From positions 32,001 through 96,000 of the forward strand of contig JAWXAY010000094.1 in the NCBI GenBank assembly GCA_034439715.1: 64,000 bases of DNA. The letters are read 5' to 3'. Position numbers and translations under genes: made by a program. The first letter of the stretch is position 1; each line of letters begins with the position of its first letter. This document shows positions 1 to 9,472 of the stretch, one piece after another. The stretch comes from Pseudomonadota bacterium (GTDB lineage: Bacteria > Bdellovibrionota > Bdellovibrionia > Bdellovibrionales > SG-bin7). A model generated the notes under the pieces. That model was not told the DNA's origin, searched no databases, and saw only the letters and a list, made by a program, of their open reading frames with translations.

Positions 1-2
1 TC

Positions 3-1007
3 ATTCGAGTGCTCCGTCCTGGCGAGGAAAAGCAATTGAGTCGACTTTTTCATAAAGTTTACGGATATCGTTACATCTCAGATTTCGTATACTACCCAGA
101 AAAAATAGCTGATATGATTAAATCGGGTCGACTCATTTCATTGGTTGCCGAAATGTCAGACGGCAGTTTGGCTGGTCATGTCGGACTCTTACAGCTAAAT
201 GATTCACCGTCAGTGTTTGAAGCGGCGCTCGGCTTAGTAGATCCAAGTTATAAAACAAACGGGCTTTTTGGACGTATCTTTAGTCGGCTACAAGAAATAA
301 AAAAGGGTCGAGACTTTCAATACTGCATTTATGATTTTGTCACTAACCACGAATTTAGCCAGAGGTTGGTTTCTAAATTTGGCTATCGAGATTTGGCGCT
401 CTTTCTGGGAAGTCAAGTTTCAGAGACTCAGGCACGTCTTTCTACCTTAGGAATAGGTCAGGATGCGATCGATATGGATCGATATTCTCTTCTCGTCGCA
501 GTAGAGCCGGGTGTCCCCCATCCGTTCGGAAAAGAAATTTCATTGCCCACCCAAATTGGCGAAGCCACCGAATTTTTATTGAGCCCTTTAGGTGTGACGT
601 GGGTACCAATCTCGCGCTTTCATCCCTTGATGAAAGAGGGAGATTTCTCGTTAAAACTTCAACCAGAGCAAAAAGCTGCTGTTTTTGATTTTCATAAACC
701 AGGATTCCAGGCGCTCGAAAAAATTATCCTGAAGTGGCGAGAACTTTTAAAAGATAAATACGAGTATGTAGCTGTTGATTTTCCGGTGAATTTTTCGGGA
801 CTCGGTCAGTTGTATGACATATTGGCGTCCCACGGTTTTTTTATGGCTGGCTTTGTACCTTATCATTACTCGACAGAATTGGCCTTCCGTTTTCAATTTC
901 TTACACCCACAAAAGTGAGTTTTGACAATATAAAGATGCACTCGGTAGACGGCAGAAAATTGCTGGCGATGGTGCGAGCGGACTACGAGAGGAACACAAT
1001 CCTATGA
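3..1007 (+). CDS. GNAT-fold acyltransferase-like protein, 5'-truncated at window edge
   Basis: Frame is open from base 3 (IRVLRPGEE...). GNAT-like acyl-CoA loop (VDPSYKTNGLFGRI) and DFVTNHEFSQ motif. Stop overlaps the next ATG (ATGA). Confidence 0.6.
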   Translation: MRVLRPGEEKQLSRLFHKVYGYRYISDFVYYPEKIADMIKSGRLISLVAEMSDGSLAGHVGLLQLNDSPSVFEAALGLVDPSYKTNGLFGRIFSRLQEIKKGRDFQYCIYDFVTNHEFSQRLVSKFGYRDLALFLGSQVSETQARLSTLGIGQDAIDMDRYSLLVAVEPGVPHPFGKEISLPTQIGEATEFLLSPLGVTWVPISRFHPLMKEGDFSLKLQPEQKAAVFDFHKPGFQALEKIILKWRELLKDKYEYVAVDFPVNFSGLGQLYDILASHGFFMAGFVPYHYSTELAFRFQFLTPTKVSFDNIKMHSVDGRKLLAMVRADYERNTIL

Positions 1008-2134
1008 AATTATTTGAGAGTTCCGAAAAAATTAGCGCCATCGAAAATCCAGTAGACTGGACACCCGAAAAAAATACTTTGTTTTATAAATCCTGTGAGG
1101 AGATGGCCAATTTTCATTATAAAAACAATCACGTCATTCGACATTTATACGACCGACATGGATTTGACCCAAACTCTATAAAATGCGAATCCGATGTCGC
1201 CCGAATCCCTTCTGTGAGTGTCACGGCTATGAAATACCATTTACTGACCACCCTTCCACATACAGACACCGTATTGAGACTAACTTCAAGCGGCACACGC
1301 GGACAGAAAACTCAGATTTGGTTCGATCAACAAAGTTTGGATCGCGTTCAAAAAATGCTCGATGTGTATTTCGAACAGCTGTCTTTTGTCAGTAATATAC
1401 CTAACAATTACATGATTTTTAATTATGACCCTGACGACGCCGGCGATTTGGGAATCGCGTTTACCGAGAAGAATCAAATGCGCTTCGCTCCCATAGCAGA
1501 CTCTTTTTTTGCAATTAAAAAAGACTCTCAAGGCAGTTGGTATTTTGATAAAGAAAAAGTTATGGCAAAATTGCGAAAATTTGAGAATGAAAAAAAACCG
1601 ATTCGAATTTTTGCCATGCCGGCGTTTCTTTTCGAATTTTTAAACTGGATGAGAGTGGAAGGACATCAACCTTTGAAATTCTCTTCTGAAAGTTGGATTA
1701 TGACAGGTGGTGGCTGGAAGGCTGCAGAAGATAAAAAAATCACCCGAGAGGCCTTTCGCATAATGTGTCAGGAAGCATTTGGTATTCCGTTGCACCAACA
1801 GCGGGATGCCTTTGGAATGGCCGAACATTGTGCCCCTTATTTTGAGTGTGCTCAACATCGTTTTCATATTCCCGTTTTCAATCGAATTATTATTCGTGAC
1901 CCATTGACTATGACAGAAGTTCCCAAAGGGGAATCTGGCCTTATGGAATTTGTCACGCCGTTTAACGCAATGATGCCGACGTTATCTATTCTCTCTACTG
2001 ATTATGGCCGAATTCGCTCAGAAGCTTGCGATTGCGGTGGCGCATCGCCCACTTTTGAAATCCTAGGAAGAGCCGGTACGAGTAAACACAAAGGTTGTGC
2101 ACTAACAGCTTCAGAAATTGTGAGGCGCGTATGA
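1004..2134 (+). CDS. LuxE-family acyl-protein synthetase
   Basis: TSSGT adenylation loop, TGGGWK, FGMAEH, TDYG, GRAG and C-terminal KGCAL with the LuxE acyl-accepting Cys. Confidence 0.85.
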   Translation: MKLFESSEKISAIENPVDWTPEKNTLFYKSCEEMANFHYKNNHVIRHLYDRHGFDPNSIKCESDVARIPSVSVTAMKYHLLTTLPHTDTVLRLTSSGTRGQKTQIWFDQQSLDRVQKMLDVYFEQLSFVSNIPNNYMIFNYDPDDAGDLGIAFTEKNQMRFAPIADSFFAIKKDSQGSWYFDKEKVMAKLRKFENEKKPIRIFAMPAFLFEFLNWMRVEGHQPLKFSSESWIMTGGGWKAAEDKKITREAFRIMCQEAFGIPLHQQRDAFGMAEHCAPYFECAQHRFHIPVFNRIIIRDPLTMTEVPKGESGLMEFVTPFNAMMPTLSILSTDYGRIRSEACDCGGASPTFEILGRAGTSKHKGCALTASEIVRRV

Positions 2135-4728
2135 GTCATTTGAGATATTTATTTGGTGAAGTCGTTGTGGCAGATAAGCCACTCTCAGTAAAGGATGCTG
2201 AGGAGATATGTCGACGTGCAAGTCTTGCTCGTTCCCGCATGAATTCTTACCCCAACGATAAAGTGTTAGCACTCCTTGGACGGGTTCAAAAACTTTGGGC
2301 TGATAAAAACTCAAATTATAGAAGACGAGCTATGGATAAACTTCCTGAGTTGACCGGTTTTTCGCTGCCGATGTTGGAACTTGGGATGCAAGAGTTGGTC
2401 TGGAGTCTTGACCCAGAAGTTTTAAAGAAAAAACTAGATTGTGAAACTCAGAATATTCCAAAAGTTTACGGAGAAAAATTCAATTCTGAAAATAAAACAT
2501 TGTTACGCTATTACCCCATAGGCACGGTATTTCATGTGCTCTCCGGAAATGTTTTTTTAGTAGGACCCGGCTCCCTAATAGAAGGTTTGATAACGGGAAA
2601 CGTTAACATTCTTAAAATGCCTTCAGAAGAACGGTTTTTTCTTCCTTGGTTTTTAGAGTCTTTAAAAGAATGTGACATAGATGGAGTGGTCTCATCTTCA
2701 ATTGCGGCCATTGATTTTTCGTCGTCTCAACAAGATGTACTTGATACTTTTAAGAATCAGATGGATGGAATCGTGATTTGGGGTGGAGAGCAGGCGGTAC
2801 AAGGATATAGAAACGGTGCGCCAGCAAGAACGCGAATCATTGTTTTTGGTCCCAAATTAAGTTTCAGTTTAGTCACAAAAAAAGGTGTCGAGGCACTCGG
2901 TATCTCGCGAATTGCTCTTGAGATTGCCAAAGAAATTATAATATGGGATCAGCAAGCCTGTACAGCACCACAAGCCTGCTACGTCGAAGGATCCGAAATC
3001 GCAAGCCTTCTTTTAGATGAGCTCAAAGTAGCCATGGCAAAACTGGAAGTCCAATACCCTGCCGGGTCCCCGTCTCGAGATTCTGCAGTAGAAATTAGAA
3101 AATTGCGGGGAATCGCTGAGATCCGCGAGGGCCTAGGAGCTGGCAAGCTTGTGGATTCGGGTCACAACAATTTGAATTACACTTTTTTTTCTGACAATAA
3201 TCTTGAGCTGGATCCCTCTCCGCTAAATCGAACTCTTCGCATCGTACCTTTCTCGAATATTAATGATGTCTTGGAATCCATAAAGGGGCTGCGGGGTTAC
3301 TTACAAACAGTAGGGGTCGCGGTTGGTACTTCAGAATGGGGTCCATTGGTACATGAATTTTCTATGGTAGGTGGCCTAAGAATTCTACCGTTAGGCTCAA
3401 TGGCACTTGGAGAAATTGATGATCCTCATGATGGCCAATACGATCTCGCCCAATATTTAAATTTAGTCGTGGCCCGCGGGCCCCTGGACGACCTTACCCC
3501 GTTTGATGTTGCCAGCGATGAGTATCGTGAAGCCCTTCGCGATCAAAAATTACGCGAAATGCTCGCTCACGCTAATAAGTCGCCATTTTATCAAGAGCGT
3601 TTGAAAAATATTAGTATTCAAAGTTTAAAGGATCTTCATAAAATCCCAGTCCTATCTCGCCTGGAATGGGAAAACAATATGCCACCAATGAAAGAGACTC
3701 TCGCGACGACACCACCCAAGGGCGGTTATGTCACTAGATCCGGCGGCTCTACCGGCGTCGCAAAGTTTTCATATTTCGATAAAAGAGACTGGAATGCCAT
3801 GCTCAAGAGCGCTGTCAAAATGTTCCAGGCGAGTGGATTGAGTTCTGAAGATCGTATTGCAAACTTCATGTCGGCAGGCGATCTCTACGGAAGTTTTATT
3901 TCATTTAATCATGTAAATTTTGAATTGGGTGCAACCTCTTATTGCTTTGCCGGTGCGACGGACCCCCAGAATTTTTTAAATATTGTGGGATCCTTTAAAA
4001 TTAACGTGATCCAAGGGATAACTCCCGTGGTAATGAATGTCTTAAGAGGGGCTAAGTCCTTAGATCCTAGTTTTGAAATCGAGAAAGTTCTTTTCGCCGG
4101 CATGCCAATGTGCAGTGCTGATAGAAAGTGGATCAAAACTGAACTAAAAGCCAAATCTATTGTTTCAATTATCGGCACGACCGAAAGTAATCATATCGGT
4201 TACCAATGTGAATTTTTAGAGGGACGATTTCACCATATTCCCGAAGATTATAATCATATCGAAATAATTGGTGGTCGTCTCATTGTCACAAATCTTGATA
4301 AATGGAATTACCCGGTTATTCGCTATGATATTGGCGATGCGGGAAAGTTTACTGAAACGGCATGTGCCTGTGGCCGAAAGGACCGCGTATTTGAGTATTT
4401 TGGCAGGTGTGACGATCTCATAGCCACCGGCATGATGAACCTATCCTATAGTGATTTGGTAAAAGCTCTCGCCCCTACTGAAGCCTCCCAAATCCAAATC
4501 ATAATAGGCTTTAAAAATAATATTGATAATCTAACTATCAATATAGAATCGGGAATAAAGGACAAATTGACGAACACCCAAGTCACTGAACTTCTTGATG
4601 CGGGCCTTACAGATTTTTCACTATTCCGAAATAAATATTTTGGCTTAGAGATAAATATTTTAAAACCCGGAACTCTGAAACTCAATGATCGTACTGGCAA
4701 AGTGAGTCTAATAATTGATGAGCGCTAA
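2131..4728 (+). CDS. LuxC-like acyl-CoA reductase fused to a C-terminal PaaK/LuxE-type adenylate-forming domain
   Basis: N half: FHVLSGNV, WGG, FGPKLSF, DQQAC (catalytic Cys), PHDG. C half: RSGGSTG, GTTES, RYDIGD, GRCDD. Start moved to ATG 2131, which overlaps the luxE-like stop (ATGA). Confidence 0.85.
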   Translation: MSHLRYLFGEVVVADKPLSVKDAEEICRRASLARSRMNSYPNDKVLALLGRVQKLWADKNSNYRRRAMDKLPELTGFSLPMLELGMQELVWSLDPEVLKKKLDCETQNIPKVYGEKFNSENKTLLRYYPIGTVFHVLSGNVFLVGPGSLIEGLITGNVNILKMPSEERFFLPWFLESLKECDIDGVVSSSIAAIDFSSSQQDVLDTFKNQMDGIVIWGGEQAVQGYRNGAPARTRIIVFGPKLSFSLVTKKGVEALGISRIALEIAKEIIIWDQQACTAPQACYVEGSEIASLLLDELKVAMAKLEVQYPAGSPSRDSAVEIRKLRGIAEIREGLGAGKLVDSGHNNLNYTFFSDNNLELDPSPLNRTLRIVPFSNINDVLESIKGLRGYLQTVGVAVGTSEWGPLVHEFSMVGGLRILPLGSMALGEIDDPHDGQYDLAQYLNLVVARGPLDDLTPFDVASDEYREALRDQKLREMLAHANKSPFYQERLKNISIQSLKDLHKIPVLSRLEWENNMPPMKETLATTPPKGGYVTRSGGSTGVAKFSYFDKRDWNAMLKSAVKMFQASGLSSEDRIANFMSAGDLYGSFISFNHVNFELGATSYCFAGATDPQNFLNIVGSFKINVIQGITPVVMNVLRGAKSLDPSFEIEKVLFAGMPMCSADRKWIKTELKAKSIVSIIGTTESNHIGYQCEFLEGRFHHIPEDYNHIEIIGGRLIVTNLDKWNYPVIRYDIGDAGKFTETACACGRKDRVFEYFGRCDDLIATGMMNLSYSDLVKALAPTEASQIQIIIGFKNNIDNLTINIESGIKDKLTNTQVTELLDAGLTDFSLFRNKYFGLEINILKPGTLKLNDRTGKVSLIIDER

Positions 4729-5944
4729 TATACTGCCACTTCGCAATCGTGAGTTCGGTAAACTTTGGTTAGGGCAAGTGTTTAGCCAAATGGGCACCCG
4801 TATGTACCAAATTGCCATTGCCTGGTGGATAGTAAAACGCGGCGGCGACTCCCAGGGACTTTACCTGGGAATCCTTTTTGTCTTGGCAAGTCTACCCGCT
4901 TTGGCATTTGTAAAAAAAATTGCCCGCTTGGTTGAAGAATCTAACGCGAAAAAAATTATTTTTTGGAGCGATGTTAGTGCCGTAATCGTGACCTTAAGTT
5001 TGTACTTATTTATCTCCGCAAATTTCGATTTATTGCTTCCTATTTATTTCGTAGGATTCTTGTTAGCCACTTTTCAGTCGGCAATAGATCCTTCGCTTTT
5101 TAAAGCTGCGTCCGAGTCCGTTGCCAAAGAGGATATGGAGTCAGCGGTTGGTCTCATAACCACGACAACGACCGTCGCCTCGTTTTTGGGAGCCTTTGTG
5201 GGTGCGGGCGCCATGAGTGTCCTTAGCTTTGAAGCATTGGTCTTGCTAAATGCTTTAAGCTACGCTTTATCTGCCGTTTTGACGGCATCGGTAAAATTTA
5301 AATTCTCAACAAAAAATAAAGCGGCTGTAGGGCCTTCGGCTCCCAGTGCAGAGCCCGAAACATCACTCGAATCGATTCCGGCCTATAGTATTATCAAATC
5401 AATTTTACTAGTTTTTGCCAGTGTAAACTTTTTCTCCGTTCCCACACTGATCTTGATACCGATATACACAAACCGAGTATTAAAGGGCGAGGCCTCACAG
5501 TTAGCCTTGATGGAAGGAGCGTTGGCACTCGGTCTGTTGTTGGGTTCCCTTTTGTCTAGCCGCTTTAAAACTTCTGCTGTTCCCATGAATACCGTATTCT
5601 GGTGCTTGTTGAGTTTTGCCGGTTTTCTTGCACTACCAGTTTTTCTGAAAAGCAGCAGTTGGTACTTCTTGTCTCTCTGTGGTGCCGGATTTTCTATGGG
5701 ACTTTCCAATGTTAAAATTATCACATATTTTGAAAGTGCCATTCCGGCCGGTTTAAAAGGTCGATTCTTTGCCTACTTAAATGCAGCCGTTTCGCCAGCT
5801 ATTCCAATTTCTTTTTTTATTTTCGGGTTGGTGATTGGGATGATGCCTCTAGAACAAGTCATTTTAATACAAGCCGCAGGCGTAGCCATCCTCTCGTTTC
5901 TAATTGTTAAAATATCTAAACGCGAGGCCAAGCTATGGCGTTAA
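4718..5944 (+). CDS. MFS transporter (probable exporter)
   Basis: About 12 hydrophobic segments; LRNREFGKLWLGQVFS N-terminus typical of DHA3-like exporters; GRFF motif. Confidence 0.85.
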   Translation: MSANILPLRNREFGKLWLGQVFSQMGTRMYQIAIAWWIVKRGGDSQGLYLGILFVLASLPALAFVKKIARLVEESNAKKIIFWSDVSAVIVTLSLYLFISANFDLLLPIYFVGFLLATFQSAIDPSLFKAASESVAKEDMESAVGLITTTTTVASFLGAFVGAGAMSVLSFEALVLLNALSYALSAVLTASVKFKFSTKNKAAVGPSAPSAEPETSLESIPAYSIIKSILLVFASVNFFSVPTLILIPIYTNRVLKGEASQLALMEGALALGLLLGSLLSSRFKTSAVPMNTVFWCLLSFAGFLALPVFLKSSSWYFLSLCGAGFSMGLSNVKIITYFESAIPAGLKGRFFAYLNAAVSPAIPISFFIFGLVIGMMPLEQVILIQAAGVAILSFLIVKISKREAKLWR

Positions 5945-7110
5945 CTTTTCGTCTTGCCCAAGAAGTCGATGTCTGGAGTTTAATGGCCCTTTATCAACGG
6001 GTGGGAAGCACTTACACCGAGGACGCCATTTTCTTGGATTACCAAAAACTTTTGCTGGCCGTAAACTCTTTGGATAATATCTGGGTCATTGCCGAACGCG
6101 ACGGAGTAATTACCACGACAATCAGCCTTATGATTGATCGAGAACAGTGTCTCGCGAAAATTGCAAGGATCATTGTAAATCCACAGCTTTCCTCTGTGCG
6201 TTCTGATCTCAAAGATACGATTCGCTATTGCATAAAATTCCTCGAAGAATCAAGTTCTAAAATTCATGTATTGTATTGCACCACAATGACGGTGCCGATG
6301 CAGTTTCAAGAAGTAACTTTAGAAGAAGGTTTTAAAATTCTCGGGATTTTTCCGAACGCTATGGGCGTCGATTACACTCGACTGAATGGCCTTACTGCGT
6401 ATTACTTTGGTAATACTTTAGCTGAGGATCGGGTCAGCGGCTTTGCCCTTCACCCCGAATTGCGCCCATTTTTTGAAATATCCCGCAGTCAATTAAACTT
6501 ACCTGATTTACCCGTCGCAAATATTTCTGCTTTGTCTAACGACAATCAAGCGGATTCCATTGGCATGCTTGAAGTGGTGAATGCGCCAAATCTCGTGGCA
6601 GCAAAATTTGAAAAGCTTCGACGACGGCGACGACAAATGAATGACTTTTATCCCTTCTATAAGCCTAACATTATGATTTCTAGTCCGGATGAAGACATCC
6701 AGCTATTTGCGAAGGTCATTGAATCAAATCATTTTGCAGCCTTCGTAGGCGAAGAACTGCTCGTCGCCGTAAACCCGGCAAAATTGTATCAAACCGCCGT
6801 TCAACTATTAAAGGCCCAGAATATAACCTACTTTGAAATAATTAACGATGCCGCTGACACCGTCGGCAATCAGTGGCTCTTAGAGGCTTCATTTGTTCCC
6901 TGCTGTTATATTCCGGCGTTCAAAAAGCAAAATGAAAAGCGCAGAGACTATGTGGTTTTTTGCAAAACATTTGAATATATAACACGTCCTGATTTGAAAA
7001 TTCGAAAGCCCTTTCTAGATTTTTTTCGAGAATTCTTTAGCATGGAATGGAAAAACTACGTAGGAACTGGCGAGTTATTTTCGAAATCCCACTATGAGAC
7101 AAAAAAGTGA
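5935..7110 (+). CDS. GNAT-fold acyltransferase-like protein, paralogous to 3-1007
   Basis: FRLAQEVDV start, WVIAERDG and ARIIVNP strands, GFKILG; shares motif order with ORF 3-1007. Confidence 0.6.
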   Translation: MALTFRLAQEVDVWSLMALYQRVGSTYTEDAIFLDYQKLLLAVNSLDNIWVIAERDGVITTTISLMIDREQCLAKIARIIVNPQLSSVRSDLKDTIRYCIKFLEESSSKIHVLYCTTMTVPMQFQEVTLEEGFKILGIFPNAMGVDYTRLNGLTAYYFGNTLAEDRVSGFALHPELRPFFEISRSQLNLPDLPVANISALSNDNQADSIGMLEVVNAPNLVAAKFEKLRRRRRQMNDFYPFYKPNIMISSPDEDIQLFAKVIESNHFAAFVGEELLVAVNPAKLYQTAVQLLKAQNITYFEIINDAADTVGNQWLLEASFVPCCYIPAFKKQNEKRRDYVVFCKTFEYITRPDLKIRKPFLDFFREFFSMEWKNYVGTGELFSKSHYETKK

Positions 7111-7124
7111 ATTGGCATTCAACC

Positions 7125-7139
7125 GTCTAAAAGTTAGAC
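7125..7139. promoter_or_regulatory. Palindrome GTCTAA-aag-TTAGAC, candidate enhancer-binding-protein site
   Basis: Perfect 6-bp inverted repeat about 75 bp upstream of a sigma-54 box. Confidence 0.4.
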
Positions 7140-7162
7140 AACTTTAGAGCTCCGCAACACTC

Positions 7163-7175
7163 TAAGTTATTGAAA
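7163..7175. promoter_or_regulatory. IHF-like site
   Basis: TAAGTTATTGAAA is one mismatch from YAAnnnnTTGATW and lies between the palindrome and the sigma-54 box. Confidence 0.35.
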
Positions 7176-7212
7176 ATACTAGGCTTTAATATTGGCTCTT
7201 GTGTTACTTATT

Positions 7213-7228
7213 TGGCACGGGATTAGCT
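7213..7228 (+). promoter_or_regulatory. Sigma-54 (-24/-12) promoter
   Basis: TGGCACGGGATTAGCT with GG-N10-GC spacing; one mismatch to TGGCACG-N4-TTGC. Confidence 0.6.
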
Positions 7229-7273
7229 CTAATATGTAATTAACAAGACAATTAATGTCTGGAGGTAATACAT

Positions 7274-7522
7274 ATGAAAGCAAGTTTATTTGTCCTAATG
7301 GTTATGGGATTTAACGTTTCGCACGCAAACATCATACAGACTGAGCTGGGTAAGCGCGATGTCCCGAGCCAAATTGCCAACTCTTTTACTAGAGGGCACA
7401 CAGGCAAAGCAAATGACCCACAAAACAATGGTTCTGGGTTGGCGTGTGAGCAACTTGGTAAAGGTGAAACATTAACATATTCAGCGGCTGTAGGTAGATC
7501 AGGCGAACAAATAGCGAAGTAA
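7274..7522 (+). CDS. Small secreted protein (82 aa)
   Basis: GGAGG RBS at 7261; Sec signal peptide MKASLFVLMVMGFNVSHA. Confidence 0.7.
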   Translation: MKASLFVLMVMGFNVSHANIIQTELGKRDVPSQIANSFTRGHTGKANDPQNNGSGLACEQLGKGETLTYSAAVGRSGEQIAK

Positions 7523-7523
7523 T

Positions 7524-7949
7524 TCACTCGCTACTTTGTTCGTCTTCGTTCGCCTCGTTCTCGATAGTGTCAGTCTGTGTGGCTGTGTGCTCGTCGATCT
7601 TTTTTCCTATTTTTTCAGTAACTTTCTTTTTAGCATTCATAGCCTTTTCTTCGATAAAAGCTCCGCTGCGTGCTAGTCCGGCCCTTAAGTGACGAAAGCC
7701 TGCTTGATTTTCTTTGTCAAAATTCTTAAAAAAATCTGCATTCATATTCTTGGTCACGAAAGAAAACATTTTTCGCATTGCAATGATTCCTCCGTCAGCG
7801 ACTTCTTGCAGCTGATCAACCATCGATGATGTGCGAATCCAGTTCAACGAATGTTGCTCAATTGTTTGAGTTCCCATTTGAATTTGCATTAGCATTACTA
7901 TAACAAAGGTTAAAAAGCCCATTTTTATTGTGAAGAATATTTCGCCCAT
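7524..7949 (-). CDS. Membrane-anchored hypothetical protein
   Basis: One N-terminal TM segment, acidic tail; GGAG RBS at the end of the upstream gene. Confidence 0.6.
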   Translation of the reverse strand: MGEIFFTIKMGFLTFVIVMLMQIQMGTQTIEQHSLNWIRTSSMVDQLQEVADGGIIAMRKMFSFVTKNMNADFFKNFDKENQAGFRHLRAGLARSGAFIEEKAMNAKKKVTEKIGKKIDEHTATQTDTIENEANEDEQSSE

Positions 7950-7951
7950 AA

Positions 7952-8329
7952 TTAACTCCTTTTAGCTCTTGCATGAGCCGAACTCATGACGTCGATTAGT
8001 TGTTTGGCCTCAAACGGTTTTGTAATGTAGTTCACACAACCGGCGTCAAGTGCGCGCATAATGAGATTAGGTTCATCCACAGTAGAGCAAGCGATGATCT
8101 TCAATTCTGGAGCGGCTTCTAATATTTCTTTGGTGGCGTCTATTCCAGATTTGTGAGGCATAATTAGATCCATAATTACTAGATCAGGTTTCTCGCGGAG
8201 CGAAACCTCTACAGCTTCGATTCCATTGTCGGCCTCACCCACCACTTGCCAACCTTGTTTTTCGCAGACCTGTTGGATAATCTCGCGAATAAACGCGGCA
8301 TCATCGGCTATGACGATTCTTAAACTCAT
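7952..8329 (-). CDS. Single-domain response regulator (CheY-like)
   Basis: IADD, phosphoacceptor MDLIMP, KPF. Confidence 0.9.
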   Translation of the reverse strand: MSLRIVIADDAAFIREIIQQVCEKQGWQVVGEADNGIEAVEVSLREKPDLVIMDLIMPHKSGIDATKEILEAAPELKIIACSTVDEPNLIMRALDAGCVNYITKPFEAKQLIDVMSSAHARAKRS

Positions 8330-8383
8330 GATTTAATTATAATACGAGCTTGAAGCTAAAGAGACCTGGTTTTAGGTCTAGAA

Positions 8384-9391
8384 TCAGTCACCCCATTGGT
8401 AACCAATAAAAAACATGACTGTGCGATTGTATACGGTAACTCCGTTAAGCAATTGATTTGTGGCCGGGTCAATAGGCGACGCAATACCTTTGAAAACGTT
8501 TTTTTCTAGGCTGGAATTTAGGCTCCAAAAGATGCTGTTGCCATCTGCCAAGGAATGAATGTTACCAATTTTGATACCCACTTGACTAGAGTCAACTTTA
8601 TCTCCCGAACGTAACTGTACGGTGGTGGAAACTTCCTTATGGGTTGCTTTTGGCATGATTTCAAACTCTACAAACGTTTTAAGGTTACGGGACTGAGGAA
8701 TTTTCGCCTGTAAAAAAAATGAGGCCCCAGTAGTCTTTAGGCGTCCCCGATTGGCACTATCTAGGGGGGGCTGAAACTGAAACTCGGAATACTTAACGCC
8801 AAAATCGAGCTCCGAGTTTGAGTCACTCTGGCTTTTCCAATTCCTAAACTGAATACCGTAATTAACCCATTGCTGTGAGACAGCAGTTTTTGAGAGATCA
8901 GCCGGGCCAGAGCTAACATCACCACCTATGCTTGATATAAAAGCGCACTTGAATCCAAAGTTCGGTGCAATCCACAGAGAGGCATTAACATTGAATCCCG
9001 GGCTCGTAGATTGATATTTACGATACCAATAATTACTTTTTGAGTCCACGTAGACTAAACCCGGCGCAATTTGAATTTCTATAAAACTGGGTCTGCGAAA
9101 CGGCAATGGGTCTGACTTTATTTCTGTTGAAATAATTTCTTCTTTGGGCTCTAAATTTGATTTTGCCGTTGCCGGCTGAGTTGAAATAGGGTCTAGAGTT
9201 TTAGGTTCTTTTTCTTTGGTGGCCTTTAGTTTGGGTTGCAAAGGTCTGACCGTGTAGCGTCGCGATGTGGAGCTCTCTTCTTCTAGTGACTGAGAAGGTC
9301 CTGTCGGCACGATGAAGGTCTGGGGAGAATCCACTTGCGCCCGGCCATAATTACAAAAGAGTATTACTAATAATAAGTAGACTCGGCTCAT
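8384..9391 (-). CDS. Putative outer-membrane beta-barrel protein
   Basis: Signal peptide, disordered Pro/Thr/Glu linker, alternating beta strands, C-terminal FFIGYQW. Confidence 0.55.
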   Translation of the reverse strand: MSRVYLLLVILFCNYGRAQVDSPQTFIVPTGPSQSLEEESSTSRRYTVRPLQPKLKATKEKEPKTLDPISTQPATAKSNLEPKEEIISTEIKSDPLPFRRPSFIEIQIAPGLVYVDSKSNYWYRKYQSTSPGFNVNASLWIAPNFGFKCAFISSIGGDVSSGPADLSKTAVSQQWVNYGIQFRNWKSQSDSNSELDFGVKYSEFQFQPPLDSANRGRLKTTGASFFLQAKIPQSRNLKTFVEFEIMPKATHKEVSTTVQLRSGDKVDSSQVGIKIGNIHSLADGNSIFWSLNSSLEKNVFKGIASPIDPATNQLLNGVTVYNRTVMFFIGYQWGD

Positions 9392-9472
9392 GTCGCAATT
9401 ATCGGATTTTCAAGACGAATACTTAATGTCAAATTTGACCAACTCATCAGCTAATAGCAGAATTAAGAGGAG

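Noticed and set aside
1004..4728. Bioluminescence (lux) operon
   Set aside because: No luciferase or LuxD genes in the window, and the context is GNAT/MFS. Upstream sequence is unseen, so this is not fully excluded.
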